64,000 nucleotides of DNA from a virus. The first letter of the stretch is position 1; every line of letters starts with the position of its first letter. This document shows, one piece after another, positions 39,812-49,715 of this stretch. The notes beneath the pieces were generated by a model. It ran no database searches. It was given only the letters and a program-made list of their open reading frames with translations, and had not been told where the DNA came from. The position numbers were made by a program, and so were the translations under genes. The stretch lies in the IMG/VR virus record IMGVR_UViG_3300025133_000060, positions 17,531 through 81,530 of that record; one strand, 5' to 3'.

Positions 39812-39906
39812 GCTTCATCCTTATCCGATACGGTTTATCACGGAGTCGCCCCTCGAAAGGTTTGGCTCACGCTATTCCCTATCAGTCAAGGCGACTCAAG
39901 TCAGTC

Positions 39907-40971
39907 TCAAACGGTTGCGATGCCAGTTAGCAGACATACTGCTTCGGCATAGCGCACATTGAAGGCGATGTCTTGGCGAGGGATGAGAACGAATCTATCC
40001 TTTGTTGGCTCGTCAAGGAATCCCATGTTGAAGCGGCGGTCTGCGTCAGTAGGGTTGCCAATGAGTGGACTACGGTTGTTCACCAGAAGTGCGACAGTCT
40101 TGGTTGTGGTTGTGCCGTCATAGACTCCTGTCCAATCGAGATTGGTTGGGATGACTCCGGTTGCGAATACTCTGATTCCATAGATGCGGCCGAGTTCGCC
40201 GGAGAGGATTGTTGCCCCTGCGCCATACTTGTCGACTGTCTGGAGTTCGGTGAATCCAAGCAATTGAACTTCAAGGTTGCGAGGAACAATCAAAGAGAGT
40301 TCATCACGGTTGTCTGCATAGACTCCAAGATTGTTGATTGCCGAGCGAAGGTGGCTCAAAGCGAATGTTCCGCTAACTGATACTGCGGTTGCGCCAGCCA
40401 GTTTGCGAAGTCCGTTGAGTTCGAGCAAGTAATCGTTCTGCTCTGACCCTGCGGTGGCATTGATTCCGGTTGCGTTGGTCGAACTGTTATAGACACCGTT
40501 GATGTTGCTCGCAAGAGTGGTTTGAGTGTCGCCGTTAATGAGTAGCGACTCTTCGTTGTATGCAAGACGGGATGCGATGTCATCTCGAAGAACTGAAAGT
40601 AATCCTTCGACACCATATGCTATCAAGTAATTGCCGATTGGAATGTTCGCAATCATTGTGGTGAGTGTTAGTTCAACCTCTGTGGTTGCCTGTCGGGATT
40701 CGTCAGATGCAGTTCCGGCTTCGGTCTGGCCAAGTGTTTGGCGGTGAAAGTTCACAGAGCCGTTCAATTTTGGAACTTTGACGGTTCGGGTTGACATCGG
40801 CATAGATGGGAACAGACTACGCATGAAGTTTCGCTCATACACTATCTGGATAATCTCGTCTGCGGTTTCAGTCGGGAACATTGTTGCTCCGGTTGTAGTG
40901 CCAGCACCAGCCAGCGCTGCTTTCACTCTTTCGACCATATCGGTAAATTGAATCTCGTTTTCATCAGTCAT
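39907..40971 (-). CDS. Major capsid protein (HK97 fold)
   Basis: FPTETADEII..VKVP..EESLLINGD..GRIYGIRV; 354 aa after prohead protease. Confidence 0.92.
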   Translation of the reverse strand: MTDENEIQFTDMVERVKAALAGAGTTTGATMFPTETADEIIQIVYERNFMRSLFPSMPMSTRTVKVPKLNGSVNFHRQTLGQTEAGTASDESRQATTEVELTLTTMIANIPIGNYLIAYGVEGLLSVLRDDIASRLAYNEESLLINGDTQTTLASNINGVYNSSTNATGINATAGSEQNDYLLELNGLRKLAGATAVSVSGTFALSHLRSAINNLGVYADNRDELSLIVPRNLEVQLLGFTELQTVDKYGAGATILSGELGRIYGIRVFATGVIPTNLDWTGVYDGTTTTKTVALLVNNRSPLIGNPTDADRRFNMGFLDEPTKDRFVLIPRQDIAFNVRYAEAVCLLTGIATV

Positions 40972-41013
40972 ATTCTTTCACTATCCCTGTTTGTTGTCCT
41001 GTGGACTCTGATT

Positions 41014-42573
41014 TCAATTGCTCCCCCTCAAAGCAATCTGTGATTCCAACCATCCTGCAAGGCCATTCATGCCTTTGCTGACGGTCGGTGTGGGGTCGTG
41101 GCGGTTCGACTTCTTGGTCGATTCCACTACGGTTGAAGCAAGACTCTTCGGGTCTGCTTCGGGTGCTGGAGAAGGTGCATCACCAATGTGTGCTGCGACT
41201 CGCTTTGCGACTTCGGCCTCAATTGCGGCTTCGGATTCTGCGGTCTCCTTCTCGGTCGTGAGTTCTGCGATTTGAGCCTTCAATGCTTCAACCTCATCGC
41301 TCACTTGAATGTGATTCTCGATGTCAGATAATCTCGACTCGACACCAGCCAGAGCCTTGACCACTTCAAACAATACTTCGGTTGTGGTTGGTTCTGGTGT
41401 GGATTCTTCTTCGATTGCTTCAACAACCTCTTCAACAACCTCTTCTTCTGGGGCTGATAGTTCAACGACTTCTTCGACAACCTCTTCGGTTGCCTCTTCT
41501 TCGCTGGAATCTTCATCTGCGCTGGAATCTTCATCTGCGCTCTTAATAGTAGTAATGGGTTCGTCAACGATAACTTCTTCGTCAACAACATCGAGAACGG
41601 TGTCCTCGACTTCTTCTGATTCAATAATGGATTCGTCAGTCATGTCGGTGGTCTCCGGTCTCTGACCCAAACGGTTGTCGAGGGGGGTATTAAGCGAATC
41701 GGTTTCTTCGGATTCCGACTGTTGCGATTCAGATGGAGGTGAAATTGCTTGCAGTAGTGCTTTCAGGTTGTCGACTTCTCCACGAAGTTCTTCGATACTG
41801 GATGGGTTCTCCGTATCGACTTCGATACTGCCACAAGAACACATCGAACTGGCGACCGAGAGATTTTCGACTGGCGATTCCATATCTCCACCTTCGGATG
41901 GTTCTTCGCTCGGAGATTCGGATGGCTCTTTTTCAAACAGGATTGCGATTGCATCTCCCATATCCTCATACCCGATGATGTGCTTCTCAACATTGAATAG
42001 TGCGTTCGGCGATGCCGGAACATCGACCACACTCGTCTCAAGCCAGTCAATCTCGGTGAATGTCAGATAACACACATCATCATCCAAACACTCTTTGACA
42101 GCCGCACGAGCGATGAACCCAATAGAGAACGCACGAAGCAATCCCTTGCGGATTTTCCTGACGATGGCCGTCTCTCCACCATCAATCAATGCTCGGCCAA
42201 TCGGAACTTCACCCTCGATTCCATCCCATTCGCCCATCTCAACATCGAGCATTTTGCCGATGACTCCTGTGTCTTTACTATGATTATACAGGATGACTGG
42301 ATTCTTAGAGTAGCCAGCCCACGCATTGAGGATGGCGGTTGGCGCAACGAGTTCGTTGTGGCGGTCAAGCATATCGGCGTTGCCAACATATACAGGACCC
42401 CGCACGATAACATCATCATCATCGGCGGTTGCTCCCTCTTCTGCTTTCGCTTGGTCGGAGTAATGTTTGGTATCTATCTCGAACGGAATCTGAAAGTCCA
42501 ATTTCACTTCGACTTCACGAGATTCACCTTCACGAGAAGAGAACTCATCTGTGTTCAGCAATACTGCTCGCAT
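41014..42573 (-). CDS. Prohead protease with acidic scaffold domain
   Basis: DRHNELV..NPVILYNH..IGK..AFSIGF..LETSVVDVPASPNA; Glu-rich C-terminus. Confidence 0.9.
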   Translation of the reverse strand: MRAVLLNTDEFSSREGESREVEVKLDFQIPFEIDTKHYSDQAKAEEGATADDDDVIVRGPVYVGNADMLDRHNELVAPTAILNAWAGYSKNPVILYNHSKDTGVIGKMLDVEMGEWDGIEGEVPIGRALIDGGETAIVRKIRKGLLRAFSIGFIARAAVKECLDDDVCYLTFTEIDWLETSVVDVPASPNALFNVEKHIIGYEDMGDAIAILFEKEPSESPSEEPSEGGDMESPVENLSVASSMCSCGSIEVDTENPSSIEELRGEVDNLKALLQAISPPSESQQSESEETDSLNTPLDNRLGQRPETTDMTDESIIESEEVEDTVLDVVDEEVIVDEPITTIKSADEDSSADEDSSEEEATEEVVEEVVELSAPEEEVVEEVVEAIEEESTPEPTTTEVLFEVVKALAGVESRLSDIENHIQVSDEVEALKAQIAELTTEKETAESEAAIEAEVAKRVAAHIGDAPSPAPEADPKSLASTVVESTKKSNRHDPTPTVSKGMNGLAGWLESQIALRGSN

Positions 42574-42624
42574 AACCAAAGCGTTTATCGAGGCGGGTTA
42601 AGAGGGATTCGGTTCGGTATGGAA

Positions 42625-43761
42625 TCAGTTATCATCATCCGTGAATTGACTTAAATCCATACAATCAATCTCTTCATCATCCAGTAAATCTGTTGGATTC
42701 TCGTCAATCATCGGCAAGAACCAAGAGTCGAACTTGGCCGCTTTGATGTGTTCCATATTGGCATGGCTTGGGGGAATCCATTCGACTTTTTCAGCCTCGT
42801 TCAAGTGCTCATATTTTCCTCCACTCTTGGTCTCCGGCAATCTCTCGATTGCCTCACCATCCTCAAAGTCCTCAAATCCCAACACACCAGTATTGACAAA
42901 TGTTATGGCATCACACGACCGACATTCCATTCCCATCCTGCCCTTTGGAATATACCCCTGTTTGAACTTCACCCGCAGTTCGGCGAGTCCAGTTTCACCC
43001 CTATCTCGCAAAGTGAATCCATGACCTGCGATGTTATATGATTCATTATCCCACCACTCGGCCTTCTCATAGAGTTCAGGAAAGTGGAGCCAAAGTGAAT
43101 ACCACGAACGGAATGATTGCTTTGGACAATGATAACACCCAAGTCGATTGAATACTGTGTAAAGTTCCAAAGCGATACCATGATGGTCTAAGAAGGCCAT
43201 GCAATCGGCTTCTGTCCATTCCCATTCGGCGAGGGGGAATCTGACTTGTGGAACGCCGGATTGTAATCGCTTTGGTTCATCAATGGCGATGCCCATATAT
43301 TGGTATGTAATATCCCCTGCATCCATGATTTTATCGAGTGGGTATAATTTGGCTTGTCGGGTCCACCAACATGGGTATAATTTGAGGGGAGCACCTCTTG
43401 GTTTTCCTTCAAATTGTCCTCTTGTTGCATTACCATAAAACCACTCATCCCATGTTCCAATCGGTGCGACCCTCTCAATGACAAGACCCCGTTCGGGATA
43501 ATGCTCGTCAAGGTATGCCTGAACTCTATCTAAGTAATCATACAATTGAGGGAACTCAAAACCTGTGTCAGCAAAAACAATACGAGTTATTGGGTATCTG
43601 ATTGGGTCATCCAGTTCAAGCATTCTCAACAACATGGCCGTTGAATCCTTGCCTCCAGAGAAGCAAACAACACCTGTCGCATCTGGAACTTCAACGAAGT
43701 TCTCCATATTCCGTTTGTGTTCTCCAACAACATACGGCGTGGGTTTAATGCGCTTCACCAT
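42625..43761 (-). CDS. PAPS-reductase-family (PP-loop) protein 1
   Basis: FSGGKDS, FADTGFE, GIAIDE, RLGCYHCP. Confidence 0.85.
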   Translation of the reverse strand: MVKRIKPTPYVVGEHKRNMENFVEVPDATGVVCFSGGKDSTAMLLRMLELDDPIRYPITRIVFADTGFEFPQLYDYLDRVQAYLDEHYPERGLVIERVAPIGTWDEWFYGNATRGQFEGKPRGAPLKLYPCWWTRQAKLYPLDKIMDAGDITYQYMGIAIDEPKRLQSGVPQVRFPLAEWEWTEADCMAFLDHHGIALELYTVFNRLGCYHCPKQSFRSWYSLWLHFPELYEKAEWWDNESYNIAGHGFTLRDRGETGLAELRVKFKQGYIPKGRMGMECRSCDAITFVNTGVLGFEDFEDGEAIERLPETKSGGKYEHLNEAEKVEWIPPSHANMEHIKAAKFDSWFLPMIDENPTDLLDDEEIDCMDLSQFTDDDN

Positions 43762-43870
43762 ACAATCAAACAAATCTCCCACCTTTATCATTGATGGGGT
43801 GTGAATAGGATTGTGATTTAGAGCATTGATATACCGAAGCCTTTATAGGGGGAGACCCCCACGAATGTTT

Positions 43871-44161
43871 ATGAGCAACCGTAGCCCAGACAACACCTTC
43901 GAGACCGGACAGAGATACACCGCAACATCAATCTGCAATTCAGATTGCACTTGGACATTCACTATCGTCAAGCGAACTGCAAAGACCGTTTGGTTCACAA
44001 CCGACTATGGAGTCGGTGCAGAAGCAGAAGTTCAACGCCGAGCAATCAAGACCGATGCAAACATCTGGACTATTGCAGACCGAAACATCTCCGAATACTT
44101 CATGCCCTTTGGGACTTATTCGATGGCGGCTTCTTGCGGCGCTGACTCACGAGTCGCTTGA
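43871..44161 (+). CDS. Hypothetical protein (96 aa), inverted self-promoted cassette
   Basis: ATG 22 nt after TTTATAGG; FETGQRY..FTIVKRTAKTV pattern common in small phage proteins. Confidence 0.7.
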   Translation: MSNRSPDNTFETGQRYTATSICNSDCTWTFTIVKRTAKTVWFTTDYGVGAEAEVQRRAIKTDANIWTIADRNISEYFMPFGTYSMAASCGADSRVA

Positions 44162-44251
44162 GAACCCACGACTTGGATTCCGAACACCAACGATACTCGG
44201 AGTCTCTTGTCATCAAGTTCGACATAAACGAGGGGAGACCCCCCACCGTTA

Positions 44252-44641
44252 TCATTTTGTCGAGCCGCTTCTCGCAATTACTCGCAAGACTCGATTCCCG
44301 TCTTGTTGGAATATCCTTTTGACTGATTTGCGTTGAGCAATCACCGCCGGTTCTAAGAATGGTTGGGGTCGTTGTCGGTGTGTTCCAAGTTCAACGGCTT
44401 GGGCATAATCCACTCCTGTTCCACCGCCGCCAAATTGCACGATGCGTTGATGTTGATTAACTCGCAACACTCGACCCGATGCTCGAAGCGCACCAGTATC
44501 AACAGGGGCTCGCTTCTTCGCTTCTGTGAGGATTCGGTGGGCGACCTTATCGAGCGTCTTTGCGGTCGCTTTGACATACGCTATTTGACCCTGACCAAAG
44601 GCGAGAGATGCTTTGATGAATGGCCATCCACCTTTGCTCAT
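44252..44641 (-). CDS. HK97 gp10-like head/tail completion protein
   Basis: AKKRAPVDTGALRAS..YAQAVELGT..PQPFLEPA. Confidence 0.85.
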   Translation of the reverse strand: MSKGGWPFIKASLAFGQGQIAYVKATAKTLDKVAHRILTEAKKRAPVDTGALRASGRVLRVNQHQRIVQFGGGGTGVDYAQAVELGTHRQRPQPFLEPAVIAQRKSVKRIFQQDGNRVLRVIARSGSTK

Positions 44642-47067
44642 CAGTTTCCACCTTCACGCTCTGGGAGAGTTTCTATCGCCGGAACCAACACATCTTCGGG
44701 TGGAACAATCTGGTCGGGGTCGGGAGTGTCCTCAACGGCCACAAATGTGCATCGACAATTTGGATGCGCTGGAACAACCGACTTCGATTCTTCGATTTTG
44801 TATTTGGCTCCTTCATACGGAGCGCACAATGCTCTGTCGGTTTGGGTGTCGACAACGACCAATCTCTCCACATATTGGAATCCTGCTCGCCGCATTCCAG
44901 AGATGTGTGAGTTCTCAACCACTCGGCGAGTCTCGGTTCGTGCTATGCGTGAGTAGTAGTATGATGGATATTTTGCACCGTTGGGGTCAATCAACGAACG
45001 CATCTCGGCTGAAGCCCATTTCCATGATTCTCCACCAGACACCATTCGCTCAAAGACACCGATGACATTCTTGCGATGTGAGCCGAGTGTGTTGCGGAGA
45101 GCAGGGAGAACCCATCGCCTTCGCCAGAATGCAATCGCCGCAATATCATCGGCCATCAACGCCGAAGCCATTCCGGTTGGTGCAAGTGTGAGAGCGAGTG
45201 AATCCGCATAAGCCGAAGTGAGCATGACTTCTGCTTCGACAATTTGCTTTTCGAGTGTTGCGGCGATATTGGTGTCAATACGGCCAATGGCGACCTCGAT
45301 GTCGTTGAGCGATATTGTGTCTTTTCGTCTGAACATTTTGATGGGAATGTCAAGGTCGACATTTGGAATCTCAACCGCTTCATCGCCACCGGCGAACATC
45401 TGGTTCAATTCTCTCATCACATCGGATGCGAATTGTTCTTGTTGGTCGGCAAACATTTGTTCCATCAGGATTGTATTCTGCCCGATGAGATTGTCATATT
45501 CGTCAGCAGATTTGATTCTCCTGTTCTGTATATCGAGCCGAATATCGGCGGATAATCCAGCCGGTTCGAGTTCATCATTCCAATCTGGAGCCGAACCTGC
45601 TCCATCGCCTTCATCAAGTGGCCGACTTTTTTCAGGGAATAAATCGTTGAGAGATGGGGGAGTCGCTGGATTCTCACCTTCACCGCCGAGCGCATCCGCA
45701 CCAGCATTGATGGATAACTTCGGAGAGAGATAGAATGGGTCGTCTGCTTCGGGTTCGCTCAATCGCTCAAGACCAAGCATCTGGCGAGCCTCGTTGATAC
45801 TGACCACACCTTCTTGGCGCAGATTGCTGATTGCATTCGACTCGGCCTTGCGAGTCTCGGCCAGTTCTTTTTCACGGCTCGGTCGGATGGTCGTGAAATT
45901 GAATATCCATTCGTCAATCCCAAGCAACGGCAACAGGCGATTGTTGATGACGGCTTCGATTCGGCGATGGAATGATTCAATCACATCATACCACGCATCC
46001 AATTGTTGTTCTGGATTTGACATTTTGCCTGTTTGGACCCAACCCAATTTCATTGGTGGGATTCCGAACACAGCGCAAATCTCTTCACGATAGTAATAGA
46101 GCAAATCCAATTGCGCCCCTTCACGAGTCGAATCGAGAACCCTGTGCATATTGAATCCTGTTCCACCATTGACGGCGACCAACCCGAACGGTGATTTACC
46201 ACCAGTCAATTGTTGCTCAAGTAGTGAGAGCATCGCCTTCATCTCGGCGTTGCTGATGTCGCCGACATTGAGGATGGTCTTGGGGAGAGTTCCGGTATAG
46301 AGTTCGTTCAGATAATTCGACAGGTTCAGGTGTCCGGCGATGACATTCAACAAGGCGATGAGTGGTGAAGTTCCATACGCTCGGCCATGCTTGAACTTTG
46401 AAATGTGAATCACTTTGTCGGCGGAGAATTGTCGAGTCTCGCCATTGACCTTCTGCGTATAGGCCATTTTAGGTGGGGCGGGTCTGCGATTCCCTGCGGT
46501 CAATTTCATTTGCTCGGCAGGGATAGGCCACACACTCACGAGTTCGCCACCGAATGTCCACTTCACACCCTTTGAGTCCAGAGATTTATCCGCACTCCCA
46601 TCGAGTTCGAGATAGGCATCTCCAAATAACGCAAGGTCATAGATTAGAGTCTCCAACCACTCGTTGCCGTTGTCATCGGGATTCGGATTCTTGAACCAGT
46701 CTCGTGCCTTCGCCAATTGTGTTGAATCTCCAGATTCCGCACCTTCGGGCAGGATGAATGTGTAGCCATTCCCAAGACAGTCATCAACAGTTCTGCGAAG
46801 GATTGCATTGACCACTTCGGATTTGAGGCTGATGTCTCTCAACAATTGATAGGACACTTTCGTTTCAGTTCCAGAGCCGGATTTGCCTCGACCTTTTTGG
46901 GTTGCTTGGCCAATTTTCGACATGGATGCGAGTGCTTTGCCATCCCAATCGAGTTCCGGTTTGTGTGCTTCATTCACCATCTGGGTGAACTTGGCGACAT
47001 CTGCCGAATCAACAGGTCGATTGCGACCCAGAAGTCGGTCGGTGATGCTACGCTTGCGTTCCGCCAT
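44641..47067 (-). CDS. Portal protein fused to MuF/SPP1 gp7-like head morphogenesis domain
   Basis: PNPDD..DLALFGDAY..YGTSPL..ICAVFGIPP..SINEAR (portal); RIARTET..HPNCRC (MuF). Confidence 0.9.
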   Translation of the reverse strand: MAERKRSITDRLLGRNRPVDSADVAKFTQMVNEAHKPELDWDGKALASMSKIGQATQKGRGKSGSGTETKVSYQLLRDISLKSEVVNAILRRTVDDCLGNGYTFILPEGAESGDSTQLAKARDWFKNPNPDDNGNEWLETLIYDLALFGDAYLELDGSADKSLDSKGVKWTFGGELVSVWPIPAEQMKLTAGNRRPAPPKMAYTQKVNGETRQFSADKVIHISKFKHGRAYGTSPLIALLNVIAGHLNLSNYLNELYTGTLPKTILNVGDISNAEMKAMLSLLEQQLTGGKSPFGLVAVNGGTGFNMHRVLDSTREGAQLDLLYYYREEICAVFGIPPMKLGWVQTGKMSNPEQQLDAWYDVIESFHRRIEAVINNRLLPLLGIDEWIFNFTTIRPSREKELAETRKAESNAISNLRQEGVVSINEARQMLGLERLSEPEADDPFYLSPKLSINAGADALGGEGENPATPPSLNDLFPEKSRPLDEGDGAGSAPDWNDELEPAGLSADIRLDIQNRRIKSADEYDNLIGQNTILMEQMFADQQEQFASDVMRELNQMFAGGDEAVEIPNVDLDIPIKMFRRKDTISLNDIEVAIGRIDTNIAATLEKQIVEAEVMLTSAYADSLALTLAPTGMASALMADDIAAIAFWRRRWVLPALRNTLGSHRKNVIGVFERMVSGGESWKWASAEMRSLIDPNGAKYPSYYYSRIARTETRRVVENSHISGMRRAGFQYVERLVVVDTQTDRALCAPYEGAKYKIEESKSVVPAHPNCRCTFVAVEDTPDPDQIVPPEDVLVPAIETLPEREGGN

Positions 47068-47108
47068 AGATAGCGGGTTGTGTCATGGGGTTTAATTGCA
47101 TTTGTGAT

Positions 47109-47293
47109 AAGAATGAAGAAGAGAGCCACTCCACACCAATCCCTGTGTTCAGCAGGTCTTGTTCCACCGTGTCAATATGTGGAGGCTCGCCCCCGAAGGG
47201 GTTGGCGGGGTTGAACAATCCTGTCCAATCCACGAGTCGCTTCATAGGGGGGAACGCCCCCAACACGCTCGCTTTTTGTCCAAGTCGGCTCAT
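47109..47293 (-). ncRNA. Candidate structured ncRNA B (about 180 nt)
   Basis: TATA-like TTCTTATG about 20 nt upstream; terminal helix GAGCC(G)AC/GUGGCUC; CCCC-UUCG-GGGG, GGGG-CGUU-CCCC, GUUCA/UGAAC, CCAC/GUGG; pyrimidine tail. Confidence 0.5.
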
Positions 47294-47407
47294 GTTGACG
47301 GAGAGGACACTCACATAAGAACCTTTCCATTGTGATTCCACACCATTGTGATGCCGAACTCTTTATAGGGGGGAACTGCCACGACAGGGTATAGGAGACC
47401 GGATAAC

Positions 47408-47836
47408 ATGGGCGATGACAATGTTGGAATGACCACGACTTGGGCTCGCAACGACAAAGGCGATTTCCAAGACGCATACAGGGCTCGTGCTTCTCAAGTC
47501 AGAACCACAGACGCTCGTTCAATCACCGCCGCTTCACAAGTCATGTATGACTGTGTTATGGCCAACGGATGGGCTGACCACATGGGTGATGTTCACCCTA
47601 TGAACTTCAAACAAATGTGGATGAGCGATGTCATGAACTCAATCAACAAAGCCGACTTTGAGAAGAGACGCTTTGCTGGGAACTCCGGCTATTGCAGATT
47701 CATGAGACCATACATGGATGCTCACGATACCGCTTTCATCGCTGGTGCAGATTATGTTGATTCGGCAATCGCTGGATTCAAAGGCATGATGGACTTCTAT
47801 GGTGTTGATGCACCGTTCTGGGCTTGGTGGGTTTGA
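47408..47836 (+). CDS. Hypothetical protein (142 aa), inverted self-promoted cassette
   Basis: Promoter ATTGTGATGCCGAACTCTTTATAGG at about 47345-47369; GGAGA SD. Confidence 0.7.
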   Translation: MGDDNVGMTTTWARNDKGDFQDAYRARASQVRTTDARSITAASQVMYDCVMANGWADHMGDVHPMNFKQMWMSDVMNSINKADFEKRRFAGNSGYCRFMRPYMDAHDTAFIAGADYVDSAIAGFKGMMDFYGVDAPFWAWWV

Positions 47837-47885
47837 GTCGACTTCAGCGAACGGCTCTGGAATCGTGAGCCGACACCGTTGAAGG

Positions 47886-48032
47886 TCATGACCAATCTGG
47901 CTTGTCGTTGGTTTCGATGATACGCATATTCCCGTAGCGTCTGGGGCAATTCACGGCGTTGCACTTGGGTCTTGATGAGCGAGTCCATTTGGTGCGCCCA
48001 CAAGCATCGCATTTGGCGCACCGGAGAGGCAT
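47886..48032 (-). CDS. Small Cys-rich protein (48 aa)
   Basis: Manual translation MPLRCAKCDACGRTKWTRSSRPKCNAVNCPRRYGNMRIIETNDKPDWS; TAATG coupling. Confidence 0.55.
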   Translation of the reverse strand: MPLRCAKCDACGRTKWTRSSRPKCNAVNCPRRYGNMRIIETNDKPDWS

Positions 48033-48325
48033 TAAATCATCCCATCAACGGCCATTGGCGCACCAGTAGCCGCACCGATTCCGATGAGGATTCCAAGCAC
48101 GATGCGACCTGAATAGCGGCGGAGAATCGACAATGCTTCGTTCTTAATCTCCTTGAGTTCCGCCACTTCTCCTTCGATGGTTTTGACATCGTGCTTCAAT
48201 TCGGCGATGTCTGCGCTCATGTGCGCCAGATGATTATCTCGAAGATTAGCCAAATCTCGATGAATGGCTTGGGTCCATTGAAAGTGAACCGCATCACGGT
48301 CGGTGTCATTCGGCATTAGATTCAC
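48032..48325 (-). CDS. Coiled-coil protein with C-terminal TM helix (possible lysis function)
   Basis: LRDNHLAHM..coiled coil..IVLGILIGIGAA. Confidence 0.65.
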   Translation of the reverse strand: MNLMPNDTDRDAVHFQWTQAIHRDLANLRDNHLAHMSADIAELKHDVKTIEGEVAELKEIKNEALSILRRYSGRIVLGILIGIGAATGAPMAVDGMI

Positions 48326-48515
48326 TCTCGGTGATTATCTCGTCAACCACTTCTTTGACTTCTTCGGCTTTCTTTGAAATTGCTTGCGCTTCTTCAATAA
48401 CTTCATCAATCGTTATCGTGCCATCGGCCATGACTCGTTTGTATCGTTCACGAAGCCAAAGGGCTGTGGGGATTGCGGCAACGCCGATAAGCGTGAGGAT
48501 GGTCTCGATGTCCAT
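48306..48515 (-). CDS. Small N-terminal TM protein (holin-like candidate)
   Basis: MDIETILTLIGVAAIPTALWL..ADGTITIDEVIE; late-type promoter 22 nt upstream. Confidence 0.6.
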   Translation of the reverse strand: MDIETILTLIGVAAIPTALWLRERYKRVMADGTITIDEVIEEAQAISKKAEEVKEVVDEIITESESNAE

Positions 48516-48585
48516 ACCGGCTGGTGGGCGGTTGGGGTTTATCACGGATTCGATTCATTCATTCAAAGGTTGACCACATGGTTTT

Positions 48586-49464
48586 ATGATGTTGGGGTTT
48601 GTCGGGATTGTTATGGGAGTGAAAGCATGGCCAATAGGAGACGACATTCCGATTCCAAGTTCGGATGATTTCACATTTGTTGTCATGTGGTCAGGTGGGT
48701 TGTCATCCTATGAAGCGGCAAGGCGTTGTGTTGACCAGTTCGGCAAAGAGCGAGTGGTGTTGTGGTTCGCCGATACTAAGACAGAAGATGCCGACCTGTA
48801 TCGGTTCAACGATGAAGCATCCAAATCACTTGGTTTGCCGATTCGCTCATTTGTTATAATTGGAAAAAGCGGGGAACCGCTGGACTTGTGGTCAATGGCG
48901 AGGGAGCGAAAGTTCATCCCAAATAGTCGTGCTGATATGTGTTCACGAGTGTTCAAACGAGAACCGTTGAGAGCCGCCATGAAAGATGAGTTCACACCGG
49001 ATAATGCAATAGTCGTTATGGGGTTCGATAACATCGAGGATTGCGGTCGCATCGAACGAGGTCGAGCCTCGCAAGCACCATTCCCTGTCTATTTTCCATT
49101 GTTAGAAGGTGCGACCCCATTCAAACGCAAATTGATGCGTGAAGTGAAAGCGTCTGGTATTGACCCACCCCGATTGTATGAATTGGGATTTACACACAAT
49201 AACTGTGGTGGGTTCTGCGTCAAGGCGGGGTTGGGTCAATTTGCTCACTTGCTCAAGACTCTCCCAGATGTGTATGCTCATCACGAAGAACAAGAGCGCA
49301 TCACCAAAGAATTGTTGAAGTCGCCACACACAGCATTGAGTCGAGGTGGCAACCCATTGTCATTGACGGATTTGAGAGAGATGATTGAGGCTGGAAAGAA
49401 GTTCTCATACAAAGAACTCAACACCGATATGTCATGCGATTGCTTCTCGGCTTGGTTCGATTAG
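48586..49464 (+). CDS. PAPS-reductase-family (PP-loop) protein 2
   Basis: WSGGLSS, FADTKTED, CSRVFK, HNNCGGFCVKAG; exact start uncertain. Confidence 0.8.
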   Translation: MMLGFVGIVMGVKAWPIGDDIPIPSSDDFTFVVMWSGGLSSYEAARRCVDQFGKERVVLWFADTKTEDADLYRFNDEASKSLGLPIRSFVIIGKSGEPLDLWSMARERKFIPNSRADMCSRVFKREPLRAAMKDEFTPDNAIVVMGFDNIEDCGRIERGRASQAPFPVYFPLLEGATPFKRKLMREVKASGIDPPRLYELGFTHNNCGGFCVKAGLGQFAHLLKTLPDVYAHHEEQERITKELLKSPHTALSRGGNPLSLTDLREMIEAGKKFSYKELNTDMSCDCFSAWFD

Positions 49465-49467
49465 TGA

Positions 49468-49667
49468 ATAAGAAGGCGCAGGTGCAATCTCTCACCATGA
49501 CGGCAGAACCGACCAAGCGAGGCTTTGGGAATCGGCGGCGAACCCCCGACCCGATTTGATGGTTGGGGAGCGACCCCGCATCCAATACACCATAGAACTC
49601 TCCCCGCCCTCATGCCGCCGAAGCGAGCGTCAGGGGCCACACTCCGCTAAGAGTGGGGTTCTCTGCT
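49468..49667 (-). ncRNA. Candidate structured ncRNA C (about 200 nt)
   Basis: Cassette-type promoter at 49690-49713 with no start codon at +23; helices AGAAC/GUUCU, CACUC/GAGUG, CGC-UUCG-GCG, AUGGU/ACCAU, GGGG/CCCC, AAUCGG/CCGAUU, GGUG/CACC. Confidence 0.65.
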
Positions 49668-49715
49668 AATCAAGACGAGGGGTGTTCAGTATATCAATGT
49701 TTTGATTCTCAATTC

